The notes: generated from the letters alone by a model not told the origin. Counted from the stretch's first letter, positions 26,922 to 36,813 are shown. The stretch is 64,000 nt of DNA from Myxococcota bacterium (GCA_041440805.1 JASDVF010000063.1:176524-240523); one strand, 5' to 3'. Made by a program: numbers and translations.

Positions 26922-28499
26922 CTATAGCAGGCGGCTGTCGTGGCCCTTCCAGTACTCGTCCTTGAGCAGGCGCTTATAGAGCTTTCCGGTCGGGTGACGT
27001 GGGAGCTCGTCGCGGAAGTCGACGGATCGCGGGCATTTCACGTCTGCGAGTTGTTCGCGGCAATAGGCCATCAGCTCGCGCGCGACGTCGTCGCCGGCAT
27101 CATTGGGATCCACAAGCTGGACGACTGCTTTGACTTCTTCCCCGAAGTCTTCGTTCGGGACACCAAATACGGCGACGTCCTGGACCTTCGGATGAACGGT
27201 GAGGACGTCCTCGGTCTCCTGGGGATAGATGTTGACGCCGCCACTGATGATCATGTTCGCCTTGCGGTCGGTCAGGTAGAGAAAACCGTCGTCGTCGAGT
27301 TTGCCGATATCACCGAGGGTGCTCCAGCCATTCGCGAGCTTTGCGGAGGAGGTCTTCTCCGGATCGTTGTGGTACTCGAATCCAGCCGGGCTCGCTCCGA
27401 AATAGACGCCGCCTTCATCGCCGATGGGGACTTCATTTCCGTCGTCGTCGACGATATGCACTTCGCAGTTGATCGGCTTTCCGACCGTGCCCTTGTGAGC
27501 GAGCCAATCCGTCGGCGCCGCATAACAGAATCCGTTGCCTTCGGTGCCTGCGTAATATTCGTGGATGACGGGTCCCCACCAGTCGAGCATTCGTTCCTTG
27601 ATCTTGACCGGGCAGGGCGCGGCTGCGTGAACCGCGAAGACGAGGCTGCTGAGGTCGTATGCAGTTCGCTTCTCTTCTGCGAGCTTGAGCATCCGAACAA
27701 ACATAGTCGGAACCCATTGGCTATGGGTAATTTTGTGGTCTTGGATCGCGCGGAGTGCGCCTTCCGCATCGAATTTCTGCATCACGACGAGCGTCGCGCC
27801 GAGGCGCTGGAACTGTGCGCAGTAGCGGAGTGGTGCGGCGTGGTAGAGCGGAGCCGGCGACAAGTAGACTGAGTCGGGGTTACCGCCAAAGAGTCCGGCG
27901 ATCAAAGCCGTCAGTCCTTCGCCAGCACCGAGAGGCGCGCCCGGGAAGGGGCTCTTGACGCCCTTGGGACGTCCCGTCGTGCCGGACGAGTAGAGCATGG
28001 GCTGCGCTTCGACGCGGTCTTCGAGGGGCGTCGCGGTCTGTTTGGCGATCGCGTCTTCATAGGATTCGAAGCCGGGAAGGGGGCCACCGACGGAAAGCCG
28101 GAGTTCGAGCTTCGCGAGAACCTCGCCCAAGCCCGCGACCACTGGAGAGAGGTAGGGGCTTGCTATGAATGCGCGGCTTCCGCTGTCCTGAAGGATGTAG
28201 CTGAGTTCGTCTGCCGTGAGCCGCGAGCTGACTGCCGTGTAGTAGAGCCCCGCATAATGTGCGCCCCACATAACAGCGAGATATTCGAGTCGATTCTCCA
28301 TGCAGAAGGCGATGTGGTCGCCGGGCTGAAAGCCAGCCGCTCTGAAAACCTGAGAGAGCCGATTGGCAGCGTCATCGAGTTCCGCGTAGCTCATGCTCTC
28401 GCCGGTCTCGGCGATCACGACTGCGGGTTTGTCCGGGGTGCGTTCTGCCCATGTTCCGGGGTAGAGGCTATTCGGCGGGAGGTCTGCGAGGGAGGTCAT
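26922..28499 (-). CDS. acyl-CoA synthetase (AMP-forming, fatty-acid-CoA ligase family)
   Basis: 525 aa. AMP-binding motif YSSGTTGRPKGV, YAGTEG, GDIGKLDDDGFLYLTDRKANMIISGGVNIYPQE. Confidence 0.9.
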   Translation of the reverse strand: MTSLADLPPNSLYPGTWAERTPDKPAVVIAETGESMSYAELDDAANRLSQVFRAAGFQPGDHIAFCMENRLEYLAVMWGAHYAGLYYTAVSSRLTADELSYILQDSGSRAFIASPYLSPVVAGLGEVLAKLELRLSVGGPLPGFESYEDAIAKQTATPLEDRVEAQPMLYSSGTTGRPKGVKSPFPGAPLGAGEGLTALIAGLFGGNPDSVYLSPAPLYHAAPLRYCAQFQRLGATLVVMQKFDAEGALRAIQDHKITHSQWVPTMFVRMLKLAEEKRTAYDLSSLVFAVHAAAPCPVKIKERMLDWWGPVIHEYYAGTEGNGFCYAAPTDWLAHKGTVGKPINCEVHIVDDDGNEVPIGDEGGVYFGASPAGFEYHNDPEKTSSAKLANGWSTLGDIGKLDDDGFLYLTDRKANMIISGGVNIYPQETEDVLTVHPKVQDVAVFGVPNEDFGEEVKAVVQLVDPNDAGDDVARELMAYCREQLADVKCPRSVDFRDELPRHPTGKLYKRLLKDEYWKGHDSRLL

Positions 28500-28592
28500 T
28501 GCGGGGGTACCTCGATTCGGTGGCGCGAATCAAAAAAAGGCAGAAAATTCCAGGCCACATGAGTGACGAGTCGATCTCCAACCGGGGGCAGG

Positions 28593-29972
28593 CTAAGAAG
28601 AAGCAGTCTCGGCTGCGCGGGCGTCGAGCTCGAGACGAATGACTGCGTGATCCGCTTCGCTCAAGCTGAACTTTGAGAAAAAGACAGCGCCGAAGAGATA
28701 GCAAACGAGTGGAAGGCTTCCCATAAGCACGAGCATCGTGGTTTTGACGAGTTCCGTCTGTTCTTCCGCTTGTCCATCGAAGCCCGCAATAGCGAGGGCC
28801 CAGCCGACGATCCCAATCATGATGCCGGCCGCAAGCTTGCTCATGAACGCCCAGCCCGCGAAGTAGGCACCCTCTTTTCGCTGACCAGTTCTGTGTTCAT
28901 CAAAGTCGATGATTTCACTCTTGAGTGTATACCCGAGGCTATTCGGGCAGCCCCCGGAGAAGCCGGCGATCAGAGAGGACACGAGCACGACATGCCAATC
29001 GCCTTCGCCGACGAAGAAGATCAGGCCGTATCCGACCGCGCTCCCGATCATCGAATAGAGCATGAGGCGTCGCTTCTCGAAGTGGCGAGAAAGCCGAATC
29101 CAGACCGGAATGGACAGAAGGCTCGCTCCCATATTCGCGCCTAGCAGTGCCGGGATCATTTGCGGTTCGCCGACGACATAGTCGACGACGAAGGGTGTGA
29201 GGGCTCCGATGCCACCGACTCCGATGGCATCGATAAAGACAACCAAAAGCAGTAATCGCGCATGCGGATTTGAGAATACGTCGCGGACAGCCTCGATGGG
29301 ATTCGCGGGGCCGCGCCCCTGGTACTCCGCACGTTCCGCCGGAAGCATGCTGACGCCGCCGAAAATGAGCAAAAGAGTCATCGCACCAAGGATGTAGGCC
29401 ATGGTCCGTGTAGGCCCGACACCTGATTCTATGACTGCGGAGCCCACGATAAAGGCCACGCCCATGCCTAATACTTTGAGAGCTTGGCGGAATCCAAAAA
29501 CTCGATTTCGCTCAGTGGCTTTGATCGAGATTTCCGCGCCGAGGGACATGTGCGGAACTTCAAATAGCGTGTAGGCCGTGTAGAAGCCGAAGATTGAAAC
29601 TGTGATCCAAACGATGAGCTGCGTGTCTCCGAGGCCCTCAGGCGGGGCCCAGGCCATGATGCTGAATAGCGCCAGGAGTGGGGCACTTGCGAGAATCCAG
29701 GGCCGACGACGACCGAATCGACTCTTCGTGCGGTCAGAAAGGAATCCGACCATGGGGTCAGTGACTGCGTCCCAAACTTTTGCGGCGAGGAAAATCGTAC
29801 CGATTACTGCGGTCGATATACCCAATTGGACCGAGGCGAATTTCATGTACATGATCAGAATCAGCACGTAGGCATAGATCACGGGCGCCGCCGAAATGCC
29901 ATATCCGAAGAGCGCTCGGTTGCTCAGCCGATCCTGTTCTTGCACGTAGTCTCCTAGCAGGGGCGCGCTCAT
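28593..29972 (-). CDS. MFS transporter of the GPH (MelB-like glycoside-pentoside-hexuronide/lysolipid) family
   Basis: Trimmed from 30188 to the ATG at 29972. VWDAVTDPMVGFLSDRTKSRFGRRRPW is the GPH family signature. About 12 TM segments. Confidence 0.8.
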   Translation of the reverse strand: MSAPLLGDYVQEQDRLSNRALFGYGISAAPVIYAYVLILIMYMKFASVQLGISTAVIGTIFLAAKVWDAVTDPMVGFLSDRTKSRFGRRRPWILASAPLLALFSIMAWAPPEGLGDTQLIVWITVSIFGFYTAYTLFEVPHMSLGAEISIKATERNRVFGFRQALKVLGMGVAFIVGSAVIESGVGPTRTMAYILGAMTLLLIFGGVSMLPAERAEYQGRGPANPIEAVRDVFSNPHARLLLLVVFIDAIGVGGIGALTPFVVDYVVGEPQMIPALLGANMGASLLSIPVWIRLSRHFEKRRLMLYSMIGSAVGYGLIFFVGEGDWHVVLVSSLIAGFSGGCPNSLGYTLKSEIIDFDEHRTGQRKEGAYFAGWAFMSKLAAGIMIGIVGWALAIAGFDGQAEEQTELVKTTMLVLMGSLPLVCYLFGAVFFSKFSLSEADHAVIRLELDARAAETASS

Positions 29973-30063
29973 TCGATCAACGAGGAACGGGCCGAGCCAA
30001 AGAGCATAGGCGCCTCGGATGGCGCTACGCTTCTCTGAATCAACCGATTCATGGAGCTTTGAA

Positions 30064-31425
30064 ATGACTTCTCGCGCCGCCGCGATCGCGATCACCGCCA
30101 CAATTTGGACACTTTGCTCGGGTTCACCTCTAGGGGCCGAGGAAGTCGAGCGGGACGTTCCTGTGCGTGTGGGCGATCTGCAGGACATGGGCGTCGAAGC
30201 TGTCGCCGTGAACGACTTCGTCTACCGAATCGAAGGGGAAGGTGCCTTCTTCCTGATCAATACGAGTGAGGGGTCTGTTCTCGTCGATACGGGGACGCCC
30301 TATGCCCAGAACGAAGAGCAGATGGCGAAGGTACGTGAACTTGCGACGGGTCCGATTCGTAAAGTGATCGTGACCCACGCGCATGCAGATCATTCTGGCG
30401 GTCTGCCCCGTTTTAAGCCGCAGATTGATGCCGGGGAAGTCGAGTTCGTCGCGCACCATCGATACGGGTACATGTCGCGACTGCAGGATGAGCTGATCCC
30501 CTACTTCAAGTCTCGCTATCACGTGCTTTACCCGGCGCGGGTTTCACTCGAGCCGGAAACGAAGCCGCGCGTCTATTGGAAGATGGAGCCGACGCGGCCA
30601 GTCTTCCCAGGCTCGGACTATCGCTTTGAGTTAGGCGGCGTCGAATTCGTCGTGATTGCGCCGGAGAACACGGGCGAAGGCGAGGACGGAATTCTCGTCT
30701 GGTTGCCGGAGTCGAGAATCCTATTCACAGGGGATCTCTTTGGGACGCTCTATCCGATGTTCCCAAATCTATATACGGTGCGCGGTGAGAAGTACCGCGA
30801 CCCCCTCGACTATATTGATGTGCTCGATCAGGTTTTGGCACTCAAGCCGCGGGTGATCGCTCACTCGCATTTTCGCAATGCTTTAGGTGAGGGCTATATC
30901 CAATCGAGCGTGACGCGGATGCGCGACGCGGTGCAGTACATGTGGGATGAAGTTGTTAAGGGGATGAATGAGGGGCGAACCGTGCACGAGCTGATGCGCG
31001 ATATTAAGCTGCCCCGTCATCTCGAACTCTCCCAGGGACACGGGAAAGTGTCATGGTCTGTGCGCGCGACGTGGGAGATCATTGCTGGTTGGTACTACTA
31101 CGACACGATCGCGAATCTCTACCATGTTCCGGCGACGGCTGTGAACGACGATCTCGTCGAGATGGTCGGCGGCGCAGACGCACTCGCAACACGAGCGACG
31201 GGGTACCTCGCACAGGGCAAGCCACTCGAAGCGGTGCGGCTCCTGGATATCGCCAAGGGCCATGAGACCGCCGCCGTGCTCGTCGCTCGAATAGAGGCCG
31301 TAGAGAGGCTGCTGAAGGAGGCGGGCGAGGGACATGGGAACTTCTCGGAGATTGGCCTCCTGGAGGCGGATCTCCGAGATTCGCGCGTGAAGCTTGGCGT
31401 GAGGACGGCCCCCGGAGGGCCGTGA
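30064..31425 (+). CDS. secreted MBL-fold hydrolase, alkyl/aryl-sulfatase-like
   Basis: Trimmed to the ATG at 30064. Signal-like MTSRAAAIAITATIWTLCSGSPLGA. VTHAHADHSGG (HxHxDH). The helical C-terminal part has a YLAQGKPLEAVRLLD-type repeat, as in the dimerisation domain of alkyl sulfatases. No SCP2 tail. Confidence 0.6.
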   Translation: MTSRAAAIAITATIWTLCSGSPLGAEEVERDVPVRVGDLQDMGVEAVAVNDFVYRIEGEGAFFLINTSEGSVLVDTGTPYAQNEEQMAKVRELATGPIRKVIVTHAHADHSGGLPRFKPQIDAGEVEFVAHHRYGYMSRLQDELIPYFKSRYHVLYPARVSLEPETKPRVYWKMEPTRPVFPGSDYRFELGGVEFVVIAPENTGEGEDGILVWLPESRILFTGDLFGTLYPMFPNLYTVRGEKYRDPLDYIDVLDQVLALKPRVIAHSHFRNALGEGYIQSSVTRMRDAVQYMWDEVVKGMNEGRTVHELMRDIKLPRHLELSQGHGKVSWSVRATWEIIAGWYYYDTIANLYHVPATAVNDDLVEMVGGADALATRATGYLAQGKPLEAVRLLDIAKGHETAAVLVARIEAVERLLKEAGEGHGNFSEIGLLEADLRDSRVKLGVRTAPGGP

Positions 31426-31763
31426 GAAGCGCAGCATGAGCAGCGAGCGTACGCAGGAATAAAGGGGCGAGCGTGACGATCCTCGTGTGAAAGGGCGCAA
31501 ACTCTTCCCCATCGCCGCGCTCACCTAGGGGCAATTCACTACTTTTTTGTATAAGAGTCAAGTAAGGCCGTTCCGAACCAGAGTGACCATGGGTCACATT
31601 CACCATGCTGCGTGTTAAGGATGCCCTTTTAACACAAGCCTGCTTCTTTAATGCACAGGAAGTTCGCGTATCAGAAAATGCTCGACCCGAGGCAAGGTGT
31701 GTGGGTCGCCAACCTCCGCTGGCAAAATGTAAAACGTGCAGAGAAAATTACAGACTTGATCGA

Positions 31764-32456
31764 ATGGAGACGGACATCGAAAAGTTGATCTACGTGTTGA
31801 TGGATGGTGCAGAGGGGCAGGGCAGCCTCGTTGAGCGGATGGCAGAGGGTGTCGTGTCGGCCGCACGTTCGGCCGGTGCGGAACGGCTCGCCGTATTCGT
31901 GCCGGACTACACGGATGAGATTCGTGAACGCTGTGCGGGCCGACTCGGCGGTGCCATTGATCGGCTCTCGTCGGTCTTTGAATGTTGGGTGCCGGCCCTT
32001 GATTCACGGGGTGCGATCGAAGAAGCGTTGTCACCACTCGCGGGCGAAGTCTGGGGATACTTGGTCACGGAGTCGACTTTGGCCGAATGCCCGCATGCCG
32101 TAGACGATGGGGAGCGCGTTCCGGGGATCACGCAGTGGGGAATTAATGACAAGCCGAAAGGCGTCGCTCTCGATGACTTCTATCGCGAATGGGCGGTTCA
32201 TTCAAAGCTGTCTTTCGATCTTCACCCGACGCGACAATCCTATATTCGAAATGCGGTCGCTCGGCGCCTAACGACCTCGGCGCCCGCCTATCTCGGGATC
32301 GTTTTGGAACGATTCCCTCGGCTTGAGGACTTCGTGGATGAGTCGATCTACTTCGGGGATCCAGCGGTCGTTCGTGAGATGATTCAGCACGTTCCGTCGT
32401 TCTACGATTTCGCGACTGCCATGACGGGTGGGCTCAGCGAGTATCGGTGGTCTTGA
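31764..32456 (+). CDS. hypothetical protein (230 aa)
   Basis: Trimmed to the ATG at 31764 (METDIEKLIYVLMDG...). Coding-like composition. No family recognised. Confidence 0.5.
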   Translation: METDIEKLIYVLMDGAEGQGSLVERMAEGVVSAARSAGAERLAVFVPDYTDEIRERCAGRLGGAIDRLSSVFECWVPALDSRGAIEEALSPLAGEVWGYLVTESTLAECPHAVDDGERVPGITQWGINDKPKGVALDDFYREWAVHSKLSFDLHPTRQSYIRNAVARRLTTSAPAYLGIVLERFPRLEDFVDESIYFGDPAVVREMIQHVPSFYDFATAMTGGLSEYRWS

Positions 32457-32480
32457 TCGCTGCCTTCTGTTTGCTTGAAG

Positions 32481-32511
32481 CGCCCTGTTCGCCCTGTTCG
32501 CCCTGTTCGCC
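32481..32511. repeat. tandem 9-bp repeat (CGCCCTGTT x3.4) in a convergent spacer
   Basis: cgccctgtt cgccctgtt cgccctgtt cgcc read directly. It is followed by the 7-2-7 inverted repeat tcgccta-gt-taggcga (32507..32522), which overlaps the stop of the next gene. Confidence 0.9.
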
Positions 32512-32514
32512 TAG

Positions 32515-33588
32515 TTAGGCGACGCGAACGATGACACGCCCCGTTGTTTGGCGATCGCGCATGCGGGTCATCGCGGCAGGCAGCGCCTCGAAGTCCACGA
32601 CTTCGCCGATCACGGGCTTGAGCTTTCCGTCACGAACGCCATCGACAATTTCCGCCATGACCTTGCTGCCAAGGGCGTCGGAGCAGAAATTCCATCCCAT
32701 CGCCTGCTTCATCATGGGGGCGACCGCTTCATCCGCATACGCGAGGAGCACGCCGCAGAGCTTCAGGTTGCCGGCCGAGACCTTCCGCGGAACGATCAGC
32801 TTTTCGTCCGCGACGGCCTTTCCCGAAGCGAAGCCCATCATCAAATAGCGCCCGTTATAGGCAGTGCACGCGAGTGAATCGTCCATCACGGCTTCGCCGA
32901 CGTTGTCGAAGACGACATCCACGCCGCGGTTGCCGGTCTTCTCGAGGACGATCTTTTTAAAGTCCTGGGTCTCGTAGTTGATGACGACATCCGCGCCGAG
33001 GGATTCGCAGAGCTTGGCTTTTTCGTCGCTACCGCAGGTGGCGTAGACAGTCGCCCCCAAGCTCTTCGCAAGTTGAATGGCCGCGGAACCAGAGCCGCCT
33101 GCGGCAGCGTGGATCAGCACGCTCTCGCCGCTCTTGAGTTCTGCGCGGTCCACCAGGCCAAGCCAAGCGAGGTGATAAGGGAAGTAGAGTGCGGCTGCGT
33201 CAGGGAGCGGAATGTCGTCGGGCATATCGAATGCAGAAACGGCAGGGCAGATCGAAAATTCTGCGAAGCCACCGGTTGCTTGCTTCGGCATGGCTACGAC
33301 ACGTTTGCCGACCCAGTCTTCGACGCCCGTTCCGGCGGCCGCGACCGTCCCCATGACTTCCATGCCGGGAGTCACTGGGAGTTCCGGGCGCACCATCATG
33401 TTTTTGCCGTTGATCCGCTCCATGTCGTTGAGGTTGAGCGGAAGCGCTTCCACGCGAACGAGCAGTTCTCCCGCCTCGGGTGTCGGGAGGGGGATCGTGT
33501 CTAGCTTTAGCGTTTCGGTCGGTTCGGTTCCCCAGGCATGGACTCGCCACGCGCGCATCGATTCGGGAAGTGCTGTTGATTCGCTCAT
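32515..33588 (-). CDS. NADPH:quinone oxidoreductase / zinc-type alcohol dehydrogenase-like (MDR family)
   Basis: 357 aa. VLIHAAAGGSGSAAIQLAK (nucleotide-binding AxxGxxG). Typical QOR layout. Confidence 0.85.
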   Translation of the reverse strand: MSESTALPESMRAWRVHAWGTEPTETLKLDTIPLPTPEAGELLVRVEALPLNLNDMERINGKNMMVRPELPVTPGMEVMGTVAAAGTGVEDWVGKRVVAMPKQATGGFAEFSICPAVSAFDMPDDIPLPDAAALYFPYHLAWLGLVDRAELKSGESVLIHAAAGGSGSAAIQLAKSLGATVYATCGSDEKAKLCESLGADVVINYETQDFKKIVLEKTGNRGVDVVFDNVGEAVMDDSLACTAYNGRYLMMGFASGKAVADEKLIVPRKVSAGNLKLCGVLLAYADEAVAPMMKQAMGWNFCSDALGSKVMAEIVDGVRDGKLKPVIGEVVDFEALPAAMTRMRDRQTTGRVIVRVA

Positions 33589-33663
33589 AGTTGGAACTCC
33601 AGGGATGCGTGGCGAGGAATGAAGCTCGCGAAATAGTTTTGCGGTGAGCTTTTGGGCCAGTTT

Positions 33664-34845
33664 TTAGAGTGATTCCGGCTCGAGACCAAAGCGCTCCATG
33701 TATGGACCGAATGATTCACGGATCCTAACGGGATCGACACCGTATTCCTCGGGCGAATAGCGATGGATCCCGTGCTTGCCCTTCGGATTATCTGCGATGA
33801 ACACTTTCATGCGGTCTGCAGCTTGGCCGGTCAGAGGCAATCCGAAGGCGTCATAAATTTTCTCGACGACGCCGAATTGATCTGCGACGAAGTCCTGAAA
33901 ATGCATCTCGAAAAACTGTGCCTGAGGATGGTTCTTTCCGTCTCGGACTTGGATCGACCGCTCGAGCATGGTTTTGATTCGCGCTGTCCAATCCTCTGCG
34001 ATCTCAATTGGATCGACTTCGTCGCTGCCCATGCTGCGCACGAGGCTTGTTAGGCTCGCGTAGGAAGTCATGGACTTGACGGGGTCTCTATGGGTGAAGA
34101 CGATTCGCGCGTCAGGATAGCGAGCGAGAAGATGTTCGAGTCCCCACATATGAGCGCCGGTTTTTAGAACCCATCGATCGCGCATGACTTTCCAGCCAAG
34201 ATGCTGGAGCTGCCATTCGTGGAACTCATAGACTTTTTCGTAGTCGGCCTCGTGGTCGACCCAGTCTTGGTAGCTGGGCACGCGGAACTGATTGTGGAAG
34301 AGTGGCGACACCATGGTGTCCGCCATAGTCGTCACGCATTCCTGCGAAAGCCGCGCACCCATAGGGTGCATCGCCTTAAAGGCGGGAATCTGTAAATCGA
34401 CTCCTGGGAAAGTCGCATCGCAGGCGTCGATCCGCGGATCGTTCTCGAAGGTCTCGGGTTCCGGCGGCGGCGACGGGAACATCGTTTCCCAGGTGAGCGG
34501 CGCGCGACTGTCCGGGTCCTGCGCCAGGATGTCGTGCAGGATCGTTGAGCCCGTGCGCGGCATGCCGACGACTACCACAGGGGCGACGATTTTTTCATGC
34601 GCGATTTCGGGATGCGCCTTCCGGTCCTCGATGTAGTTGAGGCGATTCACGGTGGAGAGAACGGCTCGTTCCCGGGCGATCATGCGACCGATCGGGTTGA
34701 GTCGAGCTTCTTCCTCAAGAGATTCGCTTAGGCGATTCAACCCTTCGAGGAATTGTTCATCTCCCGTGTCGGTCAGGTTTCGCGCGCGAAGGCTCGCCTC
34801 TTCGAGGACGGCTTCAGGAGATAATTCACTTCGCGATTCGCTCAT
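33664..34845 (-). CDS. sulfotransferase family protein (PAPS-dependent)
   Basis: 393 aa. 5'-PSB loop VVVGMPRTGSTILHDIL. Colinear with the paralogue at 38059..39336. Confidence 0.8.
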   Translation of the reverse strand: MSESRSELSPEAVLEEASLRARNLTDTGDEQFLEGLNRLSESLEEEARLNPIGRMIARERAVLSTVNRLNYIEDRKAHPEIAHEKIVAPVVVVGMPRTGSTILHDILAQDPDSRAPLTWETMFPSPPPEPETFENDPRIDACDATFPGVDLQIPAFKAMHPMGARLSQECVTTMADTMVSPLFHNQFRVPSYQDWVDHEADYEKVYEFHEWQLQHLGWKVMRDRWVLKTGAHMWGLEHLLARYPDARIVFTHRDPVKSMTSYASLTSLVRSMGSDEVDPIEIAEDWTARIKTMLERSIQVRDGKNHPQAQFFEMHFQDFVADQFGVVEKIYDAFGLPLTGQAADRMKVFIADNPKGKHGIHRYSPEEYGVDPVRIRESFGPYMERFGLEPESL

Positions 34846-34946
34846 GATGGCTCTCTCGTGCTTTCTTTGATGTTAAGTTTTTCGGTTGTGCGCAAAGGTG
34901 TTGCGCGATGCGCAGCGGCAGAAACGGAACCGCTGCCTTCGTCTCG

Positions 34947-35732
34947 CTACTGGAGCGGCGGGACGCCGGTGAGGTCGCATCCGATAAGTAGGCCGCCGTC
35001 GATCGGGATCGCCTGGCCCGTGATGCCAGAGGACTCTTCACTGGCCAAGAAGAGTACGAGATTGGCGACTTCGTCGGCTTGTATCGTTCGGCCGAGGGCG
35101 TGCATGTCGCCTATGGCTTCGCGGGACTTTAGGCCAAGGCCGACGACAGAATCGAGCATGGGCGTCTCGACGGCACCTGGACAGACGCAGTTGGCGCGGA
35201 TGCCTTTGCGGCCGTATTCAATCGCGGCGGTTCTTGTTAGGTTGATAAGGCCGGCTTTGGCGGTTGAGTACGGCGCGTTGCCTGCGGCCGAAACCAGACC
35301 GTAGATGGAAGCGGTCGACACGATCGAGCCACCGCCCTGTTTGAGCATGTAGGGGACCGCGGCTTTCATGCCGTAGAGCGCGGCACTGAGCATGATTTTT
35401 AGACTTTTGTCCCAACCGTCGAGGTCGAGATCGGCGACATATCCGCCGGTGCTAGTGGCCGCGTTGTTGAAGAGAATGTCGATGCGGCCGAACTCTTCGA
35501 CGGTGCCGTCAATACTGGCTTTGACTTGGTCGGGATCCGAGACATCGCAATGGGAATAGGTTGCGCGTCCGCCGGCGCTCTTGAGTTCCTGGACGAGCTT
35601 TTCGCCGCCCTCGTCATTGATGTCGGAGCAAACGACCGCCGCGCCTTCTTTGACGAAGCGCCGCAAAGTTGCGGAACCGATTCCGCCGCTGCCACCGCTG
35701 ACCCATGCCACTTTGCCGTCGAGTTGACCCAT
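34947..35732 (-). CDS. SDR family oxidoreductase
   Basis: Trimmed to the ATG at 35732. MGQLDGKVAWVSGGSGGIGSAT, NNAA, YSTAKAGLINLT. Confidence 0.85.
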   Translation of the reverse strand: MGQLDGKVAWVSGGSGGIGSATLRRFVKEGAAVVCSDINDEGGEKLVQELKSAGGRATYSHCDVSDPDQVKASIDGTVEEFGRIDILFNNAATSTGGYVADLDLDGWDKSLKIMLSAALYGMKAAVPYMLKQGGGSIVSTASIYGLVSAAGNAPYSTAKAGLINLTRTAAIEYGRKGIRANCVCPGAVETPMLDSVVGLGLKSREAIGDMHALGRTIQADEVANLVLFLASEESSGITGQAIPIDGGLLIGCDLTGVPPLQ

Positions 35733-36126
35733 TGTGATTGCTCCTGGAAGTCTCGGCATCTGAGAAGGCAAGACGCGCGATTGGTCTGAATTGGGATTTC
35801 GGCCGCGAGTGAGTCCCAGGCCGGACGTGGGACGTTATCGCACCAAATGGCCGCCGCGAGTCGTGTCGTGACCTGCGAAGCGAAGTACAAAGCGCCTGCT
35901 TGCGTTTCTCGTCCGAGAGCGTGTCGGCACGTGCGTAGAGCTGGCTGTTGAACCACGTGTTGTACTGCGCGAGGCGCAAGGCGCGAGTAGTGGCGTTGAT
36001 GCGGAGTGAGAGAAGCGAGCGTCGACAAAGCGGAGCCCCTAATCCACGGGCGTCACGCAAGGGATTGTAGAGGCGAGACGGTGTGCCTTGATGGTGGCGT
36101 GCCTGGATCGTGACGGGCGCGCTCGA

Positions 36127-36813
36127 TCAGTCCGCGTGGGCCATCGCCTCCTGGATCGCTTCGGCAAGTATCTCAGGCTGACTCAGCATGGGTGAATGAT
36201 CCGAGTCGAGTACGACGGAGTATTTCATCTGGTCCACGATTTTGAGTTGATATTCTGGGGCGACGGCCTGATCGCGTTTGCAGGCGATATAGGTCACTGG
36301 GAGTGCTTCCCAGAAAGTCGGATCGCTGGGTTCAGATCCGTAGACGAAGGTCGGGCGCAGGCGATCGAGTGCAAACTCGGCATCTTCGGGTTTGCATCCC
36401 CCGTAAAACATGCCCATGGCATCTGCGCGGGATACGAATGAGCGGCCATCGTCCTGCGGGATGAGCTTCGAAAGAAAGCCGCCCACGAGCATTTCGCTTT
36501 TATGAGGCATGCCCTCGGATGCGCCAACAGAGCCCGCTAGCAGCATCGCGCTTGCGAGCGTCGACGCGTCCAGGGCTTGCACCGAAGCGCAGCCCAAGGA
36601 GTGTCCGATCGCGTGCACGCGGCAACCCTCTTCACGCCGGAGCGCATTCACGGTCGCTTGAAGTGCATCGCGGTCAGCTTGGAGCCCACCACGATTGAGG
36701 TCGACCGCGACACATCGAAGGCCCTTCGATTCGAGCACCTGCATCGTCGGCTGCCAACACCATGGGCCATGAAATGCGCCATGCGCGAGAACCAAGACGT
36801 CTGCATCGGTCAT
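36127..36813 (-). CDS. alpha/beta hydrolase
   Basis: 228 aa. VLVLAHGAFHGPWCW and nucleophile elbow GHSLG. Confidence 0.8.
   Translation of the reverse strand: MTDADVLVLAHGAFHGPWCWQPTMQVLESKGLRCVAVDLNRGGLQADRDALQATVNALRREEGCRVHAIGHSLGCASVQALDASTLASAMLLAGSVGASEGMPHKSEMLVGGFLSKLIPQDDGRSFVSRADAMGMFYGGCKPEDAEFALDRLRPTFVYGSEPSDPTFWEALPVTYIACKRDQAVAPEYQLKIVDQMKYSVVLDSDHSPMLSQPEILAEAIQEAMAHAD

Noticed and set aside
26940-27872. 310-aa ORF on the plus strand
   Set aside because: It is antisense to the acyl-CoA synthetase, whose AMP-binding motifs are unambiguous.
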